A stretch of DNA of 64,000 bases from Nitrospinales bacterium (GTDB lineage: Bacteria > Nitrospinota > Nitrospinia > Nitrospinales > JAJDAT01): the NCBI GenBank assembly GCA_046757665.1, contig JBHHYO010000005.1:8983-72982 (forward strand). The letters are read 5' to 3'. Positions within the stretch are counted from its first letter, which is position 1, and each line of letters begins with the position of its first letter. Shown piece by piece: positions 31,693-41,649 of the stretch. The translations under genes were made by a program, and so were the position numbers. The notes under the pieces are model-generated. The model did not search any database and had not been told where the DNA came from. It worked only from the letters and a program-made list of their open reading frames with translations.

Positions 31693-32246
31693 AAGTCGAA
31701 CCCACATCCCTCGAAGGCGTGTTACTGATTCATCCCCGGGTTTTCCGCGACCCGCGCGGGCTGTTCCTGGAAAGCTATACCAAGAAGAAGTACCAGGACA
31801 TCGGCATCGGCGTGGAGTTTGTCCAGGACAACCATTCCGTATCGGAGAAAAACGTCGTCCGCGGGCTTCATTACCAGGCGCGCAACGCCCAGGACAAACT
31901 GGTGCGGGTGACGAAGGGGGAAATTTTCGACGTCGCCGTGGACCTGCGGCCCGGGTCGCCGACGTTCGGGAAATGGACCGGGCACCGGCTCTCCGCCGAC
32001 AACATGCTACAAATGTTCATCCCCGCCGGGTTAGCGCACGGCTTTGCCGTCCTGAGCGACATCGCCGAACTCCAGTACAAATGCTCCGATTATTATTCCC
32101 CCGCCGACGAACGCGGCATCATCTGGAACGACCCGGACCTTGCCATCGACTGGCCCGTTGACGATCCGATTCTTTCCGAGAAAGACAGCCGCTACCCCCG
32201 CCTGCGTGACCTGTTCGATTTGCAACAACCGCCTCTCAAGACTTGA
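31689..32246 (+). CDS. rmlC: dTDP-4-dehydrorhamnose 3,5-epimerase
   Basis: D.RG.F.E, FVQDNHS.S, RGLHYQ, DVAVDLR, AHGF, WNDP. Confidence 0.95.
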   Translation: MKVEPTSLEGVLLIHPRVFRDPRGLFLESYTKKKYQDIGIGVEFVQDNHSVSEKNVVRGLHYQARNAQDKLVRVTKGEIFDVAVDLRPGSPTFGKWTGHRLSADNMLQMFIPAGLAHGFAVLSDIAELQYKCSDYYSPADERGIIWNDPDLAIDWPVDDPILSEKDSRYPRLRDLFDLQQPPLKT

Positions 32247-32247
32247 G

Positions 32248-33261
32248 TCAGAACTGTTTCAGGAACCGCAGGTCATTTTCAAAAAATAATCGAATGTCGT
32301 TGATGCCGAATTTAAGCATGGCGATGCGTTCGATGCCCAGCCCGAAAGCGAAGCCGGTCCATTTTTCGGGATCGTAATTCACCGCCTGAAACACGGCGGG
32401 GTCCACCATGCCGGCGCCCAGGATTTCCAGCCAGCCCGTGTTCGAGCAGACCCGGCACCCCGTGCCGGAACACATGACGCATTGAATATCCACCTCGGCG
32501 CTGGGGCTGGTGAAAGGAAAAAAACTGGGCCGGAACCGCAGGGCCGTTTGCTCTCCGAAAATCCGGTGAAGGAATATCTCCATGACGCCCTTGAGGTCGC
32601 TGAAGGAAACATTCTCGTCCACCATCAGCCCTTCGATCTGGTGGAACATGGGCGTGTGCGAAACGTCCGAATCGCAACGGTAAACCTTGCCGGGGGCAAT
32701 GATGCGCAGGGGCGGCGACTGGCGCTCCATCGTGTGAATCTGCACCGGTGAGGTGTGGGTCCGCAGGAGGGCCGAGCCGCCGATGTAAAACGTGTCCTGC
32801 ATGTCCCGAGCCGGATGGTCGGGAGGAATGTTGAGAGCCTCGAAATTATAATAATCGCTTTCGATTTCCGGACCTTCCTCCACCTGAAATCCCAAACCAA
32901 AAAACACCTCTATGATCTCATCCATCACCTGGGTGATGGGATGCAGTGAGCCGGCGGTTTCCTTTCTGCCCGGCAGGCTGATGTCGAACGCGCCTTCTTC
33001 TCCGGCCGCGACGGATTGGCGCGTCAGTTCCCGCGTCTTTTCCTGGAGCCGGGTTTCGACCCGTTGCTTGAAGGTGTTGATATGTTTCCCCAGCAGGGGT
33101 TTTTCCTCGGGCGGCACCTCGCGCAAGCCTTTCATCATCGAGGGAATGCACCCCTTGCGGCCCAGATACTCGGTTTTCAACTGCTTGATTTCGTCGAGGG
33201 AGGACGCCCCGGCGATAGCCGAGTCGAATCGGGTCTGATGTTTTTTCAGGGTTTCGATCAT
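32248..33261 (-). CDS. pheS: Phenylalanine--tRNA ligase alpha subunit
   Basis: HPARDMQDTF, LRTHTSPVQ, FHQIEG, FRPSFFPFT, GFAFGLGIER. Confidence 0.97.
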   Translation of the reverse strand: MIETLKKHQTRFDSAIAGASSLDEIKQLKTEYLGRKGCIPSMMKGLREVPPEEKPLLGKHINTFKQRVETRLQEKTRELTRQSVAAGEEGAFDISLPGRKETAGSLHPITQVMDEIIEVFFGLGFQVEEGPEIESDYYNFEALNIPPDHPARDMQDTFYIGGSALLRTHTSPVQIHTMERQSPPLRIIAPGKVYRCDSDVSHTPMFHQIEGLMVDENVSFSDLKGVMEIFLHRIFGEQTALRFRPSFFPFTSPSAEVDIQCVMCSGTGCRVCSNTGWLEILGAGMVDPAVFQAVNYDPEKWTGFAFGLGIERIAMLKFGINDIRLFFENDLRFLKQF

Positions 33262-33318
33262 GGGAGGCCGGGACGCCGGTCACCCGGCCGGCGGATGTTT
33301 CGGTGGGTCGTTTCGCCG

Positions 33319-33681
33319 CTAACCGGCGGCGATTTTCACACGCGCGGTTTCCAGCAGGGTTTTGAAGGAATCTTCATTCCGGATCGCCAGATCGGACAAC
33401 ACTTTCCGGTCCAATTCGATCTCCGCCAGTTTCAAGCCGTGCATGAACTGGCTGTAGGTCAACCCGCCCTGTCGGGCGGCGGCGTTGATTCGGGCGATCC
33501 ACAGGCGGCGGAAATCACGTTTCCTGGCGCGCCGGTCACGGTAGGCATAACACAAGGCCTTTTCCACCGTCTCCCGCGCCGCGCGGTAATGTTTGCGGCG
33601 AGCGCCGCGAAACCCCTTGGCGAGCTTTAAGATTTTCTTTCTCCGGTTCCTCGCCACCGTTCCATTGACAGCTCTTGGCAT
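33319..33681 (-). CDS. rplT: 50S ribosomal protein L20
   Basis: AKGFRG, AYRDRR..KR.FR.LWI.RINA, LDRKVL. Confidence 0.97.
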   Translation of the reverse strand: MPRAVNGTVARNRRKKILKLAKGFRGARRKHYRAARETVEKALCYAYRDRRARKRDFRRLWIARINAAARQGGLTYSQFMHGLKLAEIELDRKVLSDLAIRNEDSFKTLLETARVKIAAG

Positions 33682-33708
33682 GAATCTTTTCTCCTGGTAA
33701 AGACTGCT

Positions 33709-33903
33709 TTAATGAGGCAGTAGTATTTTCATTCGTTTTTGGTCGCCGGACCCCATGGTCCTGGATTTTCTCAGGTTTCGCTTCCGCTTCGTGGTCTTGC
33801 TACTGAGGATGTGGCTTCTGAAAGCGGAAAACCGTTTGATCTTCCCCGTTCCGGTTTTCTTGAAGCGCTTGGCGGCGCCGCGGTTCGTTTTCATCTTTGG
33901 CAT
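33709..33903 (-). CDS. rpmI: 50S ribosomal protein L35
   Basis: [21 protein letters not shown]. Confidence 0.97.
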   Translation of the reverse strand: MPKMKTNRGAAKRFKKTGTGKIKRFSAFRSHILSSKTTKRKRNLRKSRTMGSGDQKRMKILLPH

Positions 33904-33982
33904 GTCTGGCCTCTTTCGATTTAAAACCGGCGGTGCGCCGCCGGGTTCTTGTGTTTTTGGTTGATAACGCCGCCAACGCGCT

Positions 33983-34504
33983 TCAGGGTTTCTTTTTCTT
34001 GGCCTTCGGCGCAAGCACCATGACCAGAGTGCGCCCCTCTTTCTTGGCCGGTTGTTCGATAACCCCGACGTCCTCAATGGCCGCGGCAACACGCTCCAGA
34101 ATCTTTACCCCCTGTTCCGGATGAATGATTTCACGGCCCTTGAAAAAAATCACGACCTTGGCTTTGTCGCCCTGCTCCAGAAACCGCTGTACGTGTTTCA
34201 GTTTGAAATCGTAATCATGGTCGTCCGTCTTGGGCCGGAACTTGACCTCCTTGAGGTGAACGACTTTTTGATTCTTCTTCGCTTCGTGCGCCCGTTTGCT
34301 TTGCTTGTATTTGAATTTGCCGTAATCCATGATCTTGCAGACGGGAGGGTTGGCGAATGGCGCAACTTCCACCAGGTCCAGGCTTTGTTCCCGCGCCATG
34401 TTCAAGGCGTCGCGGGTCGAAAAAACCCCCATGGGCTCTCCCTCGTCACTGATAACAGTCACTTCCTTAACGCGGATCATGGAATTGATGCGTTGTTTTT
34501 TAAT
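33983..34504 (-). CDS. infC: Translation initiation factor IF-3 (AUU start)
   Basis: [40 protein letters not shown] followed by in-frame ATT at 34504. Confidence 0.95.
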   Translation of the reverse strand: MKKQRINSMIRVKEVTVISDEGEPMGVFSTRDALNMAREQSLDLVEVAPFANPPVCKIMDYGKFKYKQSKRAHEAKKNQKVVHLKEVKFRPKTDDHDYDFKLKHVQRFLEQGDKAKVVIFFKGREIIHPEQGVKILERVAAAIEDVGVIEQPAKKEGRTLVMVLAPKAKKKKP

Positions 34505-34577
34505 AAAACCTCCTTCGATATCCCGCCATTGCGGCTATGTGTTTCAATCCGTTCCTCCCTCGTTGATTGTCATTTTT

Positions 34578-36320
34578 CTAAACCTTGTCTTGAATCTCGC
34601 TGTGCAACTCACTCATAAAAGCGTCGAGGTCCAGAGTCCGGGTTTCCTTGGAGCGGCGTCTTCTCGCCGCAACGGTTTGCGATTCGACTTCTTTTTCTCC
34701 CAGAACCAGCATATAGGGAATCTTGGCGATTTGAGCTTCTCTAATTTTGAAGCCAATCTTTTCATTTCGCAAGTCTTTTTCGACGCGAATATCCGCCTTG
34801 GCCAGCCGTTGCCGGATTTTTTCCGCATAATCGTGCTGTTTGTCCGTAATGGGAAGCAGAATCACCTGCACCGGAGCCAGCCACAAGGGAAACGCCCCGG
34901 CATAATGCTCGATGAGGCAACCGAAAAACCGCTCGATCGACCCCATCAGGGCACGGTGAATCATGATCGGGCGGTGCGGTCGGCTGTCCTCGCCAATGTA
35001 ACTGATTTCAAACCGCTGGGGAAGGTTGAAATCCACCTGAATCGTGGAAACCTGCCAGTACCGGCCCAGGCTGTCCTTGATTTTGATGTCGATTTTAGGC
35101 CCGTAAAATACGCCCTCACCGGGGTCCACCTGGTAATCGAGCTTGATCTTCTCCAAACCGTTCTTGAGGGCGGCAGTGGCCCGCTCCCACTCCTCTTCCG
35201 AGCCAACGAACTTTTCCGGCCGGGTGCTCAGATACACTTTGTATTCGTCAAACCCGAATGCCTTGAGGATGAACAGCACAAAGTCGATGACCTTGACAAT
35301 TTCATCCTCCAGCTGGTCCGGACGGCAGAACAGATGCGCGTCGTCCTGGGTGAACCCGCGCACCCGCAACAGCCCGTGCAGGACGCCGGAGCGCTCGTAC
35401 CGGTAAACCGTCCCCAGTTCCGCCCAGCGCAAGGGCAGGTCGCGGTAGCTCCGCAAACCCGTCTTGTAAATCTGGATATGAAACGGGCAGTTCATCGGCT
35501 TGAGAATGTACTCCTTGCCCTCGACCTCCATGCCGGAGAACATGTTGTCCTTGTAAAAATCCGTATGCCCGCTGGTGTGCCACAGATCGATTTTTGCGGT
35601 ATGGGGGCTGGCGACTAGGTCATAGCCGTTCCGGTAATGTTCCTTTTTCCAGAATTCCTCGATCAGGTAACGCACCCGGGCGCCCTTGGGATGCCACAGG
35701 ATAAGGCCGGGGCCGACCTCTTCCGAAACGGTGTACAGGTCCAGCTCCTTGCCCAGTTTGCGGTGGTCCCGTTTCTTGGCTTCTTCCAGCCGGTTCAGGT
35801 ACGCCTTGAGTTCTTTCGGGTTGTGCCAGCAGGTGCCGTAAATCCTTTGCAGACCCGCCTTGGTTTCATCGCCGCGCCAGTAGGATGCCGACGTGTGCAG
35901 TAACTTGAACGCCTTGATGAATTTCGTGGAAGGCACGTGCGGCCCCTCGCACAGGTCGGTGAACTCGCCCTGGCTGTAAGTCGAAACCACGTCGCTGTCG
36001 ATGCCGTCGAGAATTTCTTTTTTGAACGGTTCGCCCGCTTCCTCGAAAAACTGGTATGCCTTTTCCTTGCTGATCTCCCGGCGCTCGATTTCCAGTCCCT
36101 GCTTGGCGATTTCCCGCATCCGGTTTTCGATTTTTTCCAGATCTTCGGGGACAAAGGGCGTGTCCCGCTGAAAATCGTAGTAAAACCCGTCCTCGATGGT
36201 CGGGCCGATGGTCAGCCGGGTTTCCGGAAACAACTGTTTCACCGCCTGCGCCATTAAATGGGCGGCGCTGTGCCGAAGAGTATCCAGATCGATGCTATTT
36301 GGGTTGACGTTTTGTTTCAT
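34578..36320 (-). CDS. thrS: Threonine--tRNA ligase (short form without TGS domain)
   Basis: RHSAAHLMA, DLC.GPH, RDHRKLG, KPMNCP, RVRGFTQDDAH, FYGPKID. Confidence 0.97.
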   Translation of the reverse strand: MKQNVNPNSIDLDTLRHSAAHLMAQAVKQLFPETRLTIGPTIEDGFYYDFQRDTPFVPEDLEKIENRMREIAKQGLEIERREISKEKAYQFFEEAGEPFKKEILDGIDSDVVSTYSQGEFTDLCEGPHVPSTKFIKAFKLLHTSASYWRGDETKAGLQRIYGTCWHNPKELKAYLNRLEEAKKRDHRKLGKELDLYTVSEEVGPGLILWHPKGARVRYLIEEFWKKEHYRNGYDLVASPHTAKIDLWHTSGHTDFYKDNMFSGMEVEGKEYILKPMNCPFHIQIYKTGLRSYRDLPLRWAELGTVYRYERSGVLHGLLRVRGFTQDDAHLFCRPDQLEDEIVKVIDFVLFILKAFGFDEYKVYLSTRPEKFVGSEEEWERATAALKNGLEKIKLDYQVDPGEGVFYGPKIDIKIKDSLGRYWQVSTIQVDFNLPQRFEISYIGEDSRPHRPIMIHRALMGSIERFFGCLIEHYAGAFPLWLAPVQVILLPITDKQHDYAEKIRQRLAKADIRVEKDLRNEKIGFKIREAQIAKIPYMLVLGEKEVESQTVAARRRRSKETRTLDLDAFMSELHSEIQDKV

Positions 36321-36344
36321 AACAAAATTGTTCAAAGACCCGTT

Positions 36345-36381
36345 AAAAAAAAGGGCATCATGAGGATGGCGCATGATGCCC
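36345..36381 (-). terminator. Intrinsic terminator between tRNA-Val and thrS
   Basis: Minus strand GGGCATCATG-loop-CATGATGCCC followed by T8. Confidence 0.75.
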
Positions 36382-36436
36382 GAGCCTGATCACGACCAAA
36401 TTTGTATGCTGTAACCGTAACGGTTAACGATGGCAA

Positions 36437-36508
36437 TAGGCACGGGCGGTTTCGAACCGCCGACCCCTTGCATGTCAAGCAAGTACTCTACCCCTGAGCT
36501 ACGCGCCT
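36437..36508 (-). tRNA. tRNA-Val(GAC), 3' CCA not encoded
   Basis: AGGCGCG/CGTGCCT acceptor stem, TAGCTCAG D-arm, CTTGC-TTGACAT-GCAAG anticodon arm, GGTTCGAAACC T-arm. Confidence 0.95.
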
Positions 36509-36525
36509 GTTTTTCATATTCTCCT

Positions 36526-36553
36526 ATTCTATTTCGCGGCGCGGATTTGTCAA
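36526..36553 (-). promoter_or_regulatory. Sigma70 promoter for tRNA-Val
   Basis: TTGACA-N16-TAGAAT on the minus strand just upstream of the tRNA. Confidence 0.7.
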
Positions 36554-36746
36554 GAAGAAAGACGCGGCGCAAACCCGTCTCCCGCCTCACCGGAAAATTT
36601 CGACAACGGCGGATTTTGTGGTACCATGGCCGAGACGGTCGATGCCGGAATCATCCGGCGCCCGTCGCGGCGGGCGACAGCCTGCCCCGCATGTGCGGTT
36701 CGTCCGTGTCCGAACAACATCCCGTTTGCCTTCCTTCGAGTCAACC

Positions 36747-38186
36747 ATGAGACGCACCCTCAACAAACTGGCCGACGACCTGATCCGGGAAGCCCGCGCC
36801 CCATTCACCGCGGAGGATTTCCTGCGCCGCATCCAGGCTCGCTGGGGCCGGAAAATTTCCGCGTCCACGCTGGACCGGCTCAAAAAAAACCTGCCGCAAC
36901 ACCAGGGCCTGATCGGTATGGAGTCCGATGACTTTCTGCCGTGCCGCGCCGTGCTGGAAAAAATGGGCCATATCCCCCTGGCCGTTCCCCTCAGCCCGCT
37001 GGAACTGCAAGAGCAAATTTTGATCCCCGGTTGCCGCCTGATCCCGCTCCTCTCGGGCGAACTGTCCGAAGACCGCTTGACGTTTCTCGACGGCCGGGGG
37101 AACAAAATCCCCAAACGGCAACAAACGTTTTTACTGGAAGAAGTCTTCGATTTTTACCGCTACTCGAACGAACAGCACTTTCCCGAACCCATCAAGATCA
37201 ATGAATGGATTCCCGGCAAGAGTTCGCTGACGGTGACGGTTTGGAACATGCGCGAAGTGTTTGCCGACTTTCACTGCCGTCCGGGAGACAGTCTGCTGGC
37301 GGAGCTGGCGGATTACGGCCGCGGCGTCTTTCGCCTGCGCCCCTACCCCGCCGGGCTGGAACGCCGGCACCGGCTGAAAATGCGCTCCCTGCATGTCCGC
37401 CTGGAGGAGATGTTGATTCACCTGAGCCGCCGTTACGACTTCTCTTCCGACAGCATGGAAAAACAACTGTTGCGCGCCTTTTACAATCTGCAAGCGGCGG
37501 ATTTGCAAGTCCCCGCGTTTTCCCTGAACCGGTTTCTCGACTTCCTGGAAAAACTGTCCGTCGTCGGCAGTGAGTGGGGCTATCCCCGATTCATGCCCGC
37601 CGGCAAATTCAAGCGCTGGGAACTGTCCCTGGAGCTGGCCCCAAAAAAACTCGCCGGGCGATGCAACTCCCTCAATCAAATTCTGGAAGACCTGGGGATG
37701 CCCTTTGACGCCGCCGAGTTCCGGGCCATCCTGCGCAGCACAATCGCCAGGAACGACGATATGGAACTGCTGGTCGATCTTTTGTTCGGCGGCAAGGGAG
37801 ACCTGTTTTGCAACAAAAAACAGGAAACCGCCTTTTACCGGCTTCTCAGAAAAATGATGACCGCCCTGCACCAGGAGGTCGAAAGCCCCGAACTGCGAAT
37901 CGTCTCCGAACTCAGGCGAAAAACCGTGCAGGTGAAACTGGGTTTGATCCGCATCCTCAAAATCCTGGAAGTCAACGACCTGGACCTGGCCGACCTGCCG
38001 CTGGACCTGCTGGACCAGGTGATTGACCTGGACAGCTTCTGCGTCGAAACCCTGTATTTTCTGGAGGAGCATGGAAGGCCCATGGACCTGAAAACGATCC
38101 GCGACATCCAGCAGGCCCACAAAATCATCGGCCCCAAACTGGCGGCCCTGGAAGAAGACGTGCTCTACGAACTGGGAATCGACTGA
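36747..38186 (+). CDS. Hypothetical protein (about 479 aa)
   Basis: Long ORF with host-like codon usage; start chosen at MRRTL; no family recognised. Confidence 0.8.
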   Translation: MRRTLNKLADDLIREARAPFTAEDFLRRIQARWGRKISASTLDRLKKNLPQHQGLIGMESDDFLPCRAVLEKMGHIPLAVPLSPLELQEQILIPGCRLIPLLSGELSEDRLTFLDGRGNKIPKRQQTFLLEEVFDFYRYSNEQHFPEPIKINEWIPGKSSLTVTVWNMREVFADFHCRPGDSLLAELADYGRGVFRLRPYPAGLERRHRLKMRSLHVRLEEMLIHLSRRYDFSSDSMEKQLLRAFYNLQAADLQVPAFSLNRFLDFLEKLSVVGSEWGYPRFMPAGKFKRWELSLELAPKKLAGRCNSLNQILEDLGMPFDAAEFRAILRSTIARNDDMELLVDLLFGGKGDLFCNKKQETAFYRLLRKMMTALHQEVESPELRIVSELRRKTVQVKLGLIRILKILEVNDLDLADLPLDLLDQVIDLDSFCVETLYFLEEHGRPMDLKTIRDIQQAHKIIGPKLAALEEDVLYELGID

Positions 38187-38208
38187 CTCCCCAGCACACC
38201 GTTTTCTT

Positions 38209-41007
38209 CTAAATCTTATTACACTTACCCAAAATCTCAGCAATGTCCGAAGGCGCAAACGAGACGCCCCACATCCATTTGCCAAACCCACCGTGCTGGT
38301 TAACAGCCTTCACCCACTCATCCAACGCATTTCTTTTCGTTTTTTCTTTTTGGGTGTCCTGTCCCTTAACCTCAAGCACAAGCATCTCTCCATTTGTCAG
38401 CCGAATCAGGAAATCGGGCCGGTACTTGTGAACAACTCCTTTATAAACATAATGTATCTCAAAACCGAGATGGTCGTTTTTGACCCACGCCGCAACATTC
38501 TTTTTATCATTTTCAATGTGGAAGGCTTCCGTGGATTCCCACGCGCTGTCAAACACACAAAAATTAATATGCGACCGTTTAGTACGCTCGCACGGCTTTC
38601 CTGAATACCAGGGAAGCATGTCTCCCGTTGACCGAATCGGGTTTTCGGAATCGAATACGGGAATCAACTCCAGTGAGTTATCAAAATTAATCGTCTCCCA
38701 AATATGATGCACCAGATTAGTCATGCGAAGAATCAAAAGAATTCGCTTTCTCATGGGGTCCTGATTGAACAGAGGAGGGGTGATTTCTACTCTGTCGGAA
38801 TTGATGAATTTTTCCACCAGACAGATGACCTGGCCCAGCAAATATTCCCGGTTCCCCTTTTCTTTCCAGCCGGATTTCATTTGGTCAAAGATGCTCGCCG
38901 ATACTTTGAATATGATCCTCTGTAGTCGGGATTCCCGCCCTAATTTCTCAAGGGCAATTTGGCTTATTTTGGTTACGTCCGGCTTTCCCGCAATGGTAGG
39001 GGCCATTTCCGCCAGTTCTATGATTTTGCTGGCGTCAATTCGCAAAAGGTCAACCTTTTCCAAGTCAAGTTCCAGTTTCGGCTTGTAAACATGGTTGATC
39101 CGGATAATATTCGGCCAGGATATTTCAAATTCCTTTTTCTCCACAACAGGTTCGATCCTGGTTTTAGGAGTCGGGGGCGGTGGCGGCGGACCGTCGCCTT
39201 CCTCATGCGGCAAAAATGTAAAAGGGACTCCAAAGATATTCACATATTCCGCTTGAAACAAACCATCGGAGCCAACCTCATACGATGTTCTTCTTAACCC
39301 GCGCCCTATCACTTGTTCACAAAGCAACTGGCTGGAAAACGCTCTCAGTCCCATAATATGCGTGACGGTTTTTGTGTCCCATCCCTCCGAAAGCATTCCC
39401 ACGGAAATCACGTTTTGTATCTTTCCCCCAAGCTTGCCAATATCCCCGATGGTATTAACTTTTTGACGAAGTATTTCCGCCGCTTTCTGTTTGGTTATTT
39501 TCGGTTTGAATTTTTCGTCCGTCCCCTCATCGCCGTCGTCGCCATTAAAAAATACCGGCTCTTCCACTTCCTCCGCTTTTTTTAAGACACTGGAATCAAT
39601 ATGAAGAGTTAAATCCGGATTGCATAATTCATCGATATCGATCTTTCCTTTATCGAATGAATATTTTATCCGCGCCGCGGTTTCAGTGCGATTGGCTACC
39701 GTAATCATTACGGGAGGAGCCTCCAGTTTGCTCTTCTTCCAACTTTTTGCCGTTTCCCTCCAATCCAGCCCCAACAAAAGATAGGCATTCAAAACGAGGT
39801 CGGGAAGCGGCTCCTGTTCTTCTGCTTTCTTGTTTAGGCCATCCTTGACTTCATCGGCCATGTAAAGGTGGTACAGTTTGGATTTATACGTTTTGGCGTC
39901 GGGGACGGCATCGTCCCGCACCACCACTCTGGGGGTTTTTACCAGCCCGGATTCAATAGCGTCGTTCAGTCCAAAATCGCTGACAACCCAGGGAAACAAA
40001 GCCTCTTCCCGCGCCTGTTTGCCGGAAGGGGCGAAAGGGGTGGCGGAAAGATCATAACAGGTCAATATCCCCCTGGCCTTATGGATTCGGTCCAGCCCGC
40101 CGAGCCACTTGGTAGCCTCCTCAATTTCTTCCTTCTTCACATCGCGAATCTTCGATTCGGCGGGAACCCGCCAGGCGTGATGGGCTTCGTCGTTAATCAC
40201 CAAAATGTTGCGGGCATTGGCCATGTCGCCCAAAACTTCCCGCACATAGGCTTCATCACTTTTAGCTCCCCGCTTATCGACGCCTTTTTTCCTGGCGATT
40301 CTTTCTTCCTCTTCCCAGTTAAGCTTATGCCAGTTGTGAATGCGTATTTTCCCCTGCCGCAGTTTTTCCCGAAGACCCAGCGGAACGATATTAAATTCAT
40401 CGTAATAATTGCCTTCTCCCGAATGATGTAAAACCTGCAAACGGCTTTTGACCGTCAGGCCGGGGGCCACGATGAAAACATATTTTGAGAATCGCTTGTC
40501 TTGCGGGTAGGTGACTTTATTGATGACTTGCCAGGCGATCATCATTGCCATGACAATGGTTTTGCCGGAACCGGTCGCCATCTTGGAGCAAAGGCGGGTG
40601 AAAGGACCGCCGTCATCGGGGACCGCAATCCCCTGCCTTTCCGCCGCCGGGGCTTCATTGAGCCAGATCAGGGTTTCAATGGCTTCCAGTTGGCAGAAGA
40701 AGAATTTACGATGATCCCGCTCCTCCTCATTTCGCCAATGCTCCAGTAGCCTTTTGGTGATGCCGGTAACTCCGGGATACCCCGCCTCCCGCCACGCCTT
40801 TATACGGGGTCTGATTTTATTAACCAGGGGAAGCTCAATGAATTGGCCGGGATCGTCGAAGGACTTGGAGCCGGGCGTGGCGACTACATATCCGGCGGGC
40901 CGCCGCCCTTCTTCCTTGGAGAATAAACGGGTCTCGCGGTCGTATTTCCAATACCTGGCAGGCTCTTTGTACGGAGAGTTGATAATGAGTTGGTCAATTT
41001 GTTTCAC
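38209..41007 (-). CDS. res: Type III restriction enzyme Res subunit (DEAH helicase + PD-(D/E)xK nuclease)
   Basis: FFCQLEAIET, KMATGSGKT, INDEAHH, SATP, MLSEGWD, EQVIGRGLRR, YRPDFL...LEVKG. Confidence 0.9.
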   Translation of the reverse strand: MKQIDQLIINSPYKEPARYWKYDRETRLFSKEEGRRPAGYVVATPGSKSFDDPGQFIELPLVNKIRPRIKAWREAGYPGVTGITKRLLEHWRNEEERDHRKFFFCQLEAIETLIWLNEAPAAERQGIAVPDDGGPFTRLCSKMATGSGKTIVMAMMIAWQVINKVTYPQDKRFSKYVFIVAPGLTVKSRLQVLHHSGEGNYYDEFNIVPLGLREKLRQGKIRIHNWHKLNWEEEERIARKKGVDKRGAKSDEAYVREVLGDMANARNILVINDEAHHAWRVPAESKIRDVKKEEIEEATKWLGGLDRIHKARGILTCYDLSATPFAPSGKQAREEALFPWVVSDFGLNDAIESGLVKTPRVVVRDDAVPDAKTYKSKLYHLYMADEVKDGLNKKAEEQEPLPDLVLNAYLLLGLDWRETAKSWKKSKLEAPPVMITVANRTETAARIKYSFDKGKIDIDELCNPDLTLHIDSSVLKKAEEVEEPVFFNGDDGDEGTDEKFKPKITKQKAAEILRQKVNTIGDIGKLGGKIQNVISVGMLSEGWDTKTVTHIMGLRAFSSQLLCEQVIGRGLRRTSYEVGSDGLFQAEYVNIFGVPFTFLPHEEGDGPPPPPPTPKTRIEPVVEKKEFEISWPNIIRINHVYKPKLELDLEKVDLLRIDASKIIELAEMAPTIAGKPDVTKISQIALEKLGRESRLQRIIFKVSASIFDQMKSGWKEKGNREYLLGQVICLVEKFINSDRVEITPPLFNQDPMRKRILLILRMTNLVHHIWETINFDNSLELIPVFDSENPIRSTGDMLPWYSGKPCERTKRSHINFCVFDSAWESTEAFHIENDKKNVAAWVKNDHLGFEIHYVYKGVVHKYRPDFLIRLTNGEMLVLEVKGQDTQKEKTKRNALDEWVKAVNQHGGFGKWMWGVSFAPSDIAEILGKCNKI

Positions 41008-41351
41008 GTTTCTTTGGTTCGAAGAATTTTTTCAAGTTCATCCGCCAAGGGCGGCAGGTCCTGGATCACCGTATTCCACACCACGTCCAGGTTGATGTCG
41101 AAATAGGCATGGATCAGCCGGTTTCTCATGGTAACGATATTGTCCCAGGGGATACGGGGAAATTTCTCCCGGCATTCCTTGCTCAACCGAGACGCCGCCT
41201 CGCCGGTAATTTCAATGGACTTGACCAGGGCCAGCGCCAGCATCCTATCCGTGTCAAGCTCTTCCCGGCTCCTGTTGTGGGCAAAGGAAACCGCTTCCCT
41301 GGAGGCATCAAGCATGTGTTGCAGGCGGACCAGGTCCTTCCTATCGCACAT
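41004..41351 (-). CDS. HEPN/DUF86 (HepT-like) RNase toxin
   Basis: IEITGEAA, IPW..I..MRNRLIHAY (Rx4HxY), VW. Confidence 0.9.
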   Translation of the reverse strand: MCDRKDLVRLQHMLDASREAVSFAHNRSREELDTDRMLALALVKSIEITGEAASRLSKECREKFPRIPWDNIVTMRNRLIHAYFDINLDVVWNTVIQDLPPLADELEKILRTKET

Positions 41352-41649
41352 ACAGCGCCTCCGCGGATTCCACGACCTCCTTGCGGAAGTACCGGCTCAA
41401 GTCCTCGGGCGTTCTCAAGTCCACTTTTCGCCCGACGATTCCGCCCAGCTCGATTTCCATGCCGGAAAGTTCGATCAGGCCCGGAACGTGGCCGGGCTCG
41501 AACTCCACCAGCACGTCAACATCGCTTTCCGGACGAAAATTTTCGCCCAGAATCGAGCCAAACAGCGAAAGCTTGCGGATATGATTTCGCTTGCAGAAGG
41601 GAGCAACCTTGTCCTGGGGAATACGGATTTTTTTGCTTGCCGAAATCAT
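41341..41649 (-). CDS. Minimal nucleotidyltransferase (MNT, MntA-like) antitoxin
   Basis: LFGSILGENFRPESDVDVLVEF (GSx10DxD), GRKVDL. Confidence 0.9.
   Translation of the reverse strand: MISASKKIRIPQDKVAPFCKRNHIRKLSLFGSILGENFRPESDVDVLVEFEPGHVPGLIELSGMEIELGGIVGRKVDLRTPEDLSRYFRKEVVESAEALYVR

Noticed and set aside
33924-33948. Hairpin between infC and rpmI as an L20 regulatory leader
   Set aside because: Plausible location, but I cannot match it to the known structure by eye.
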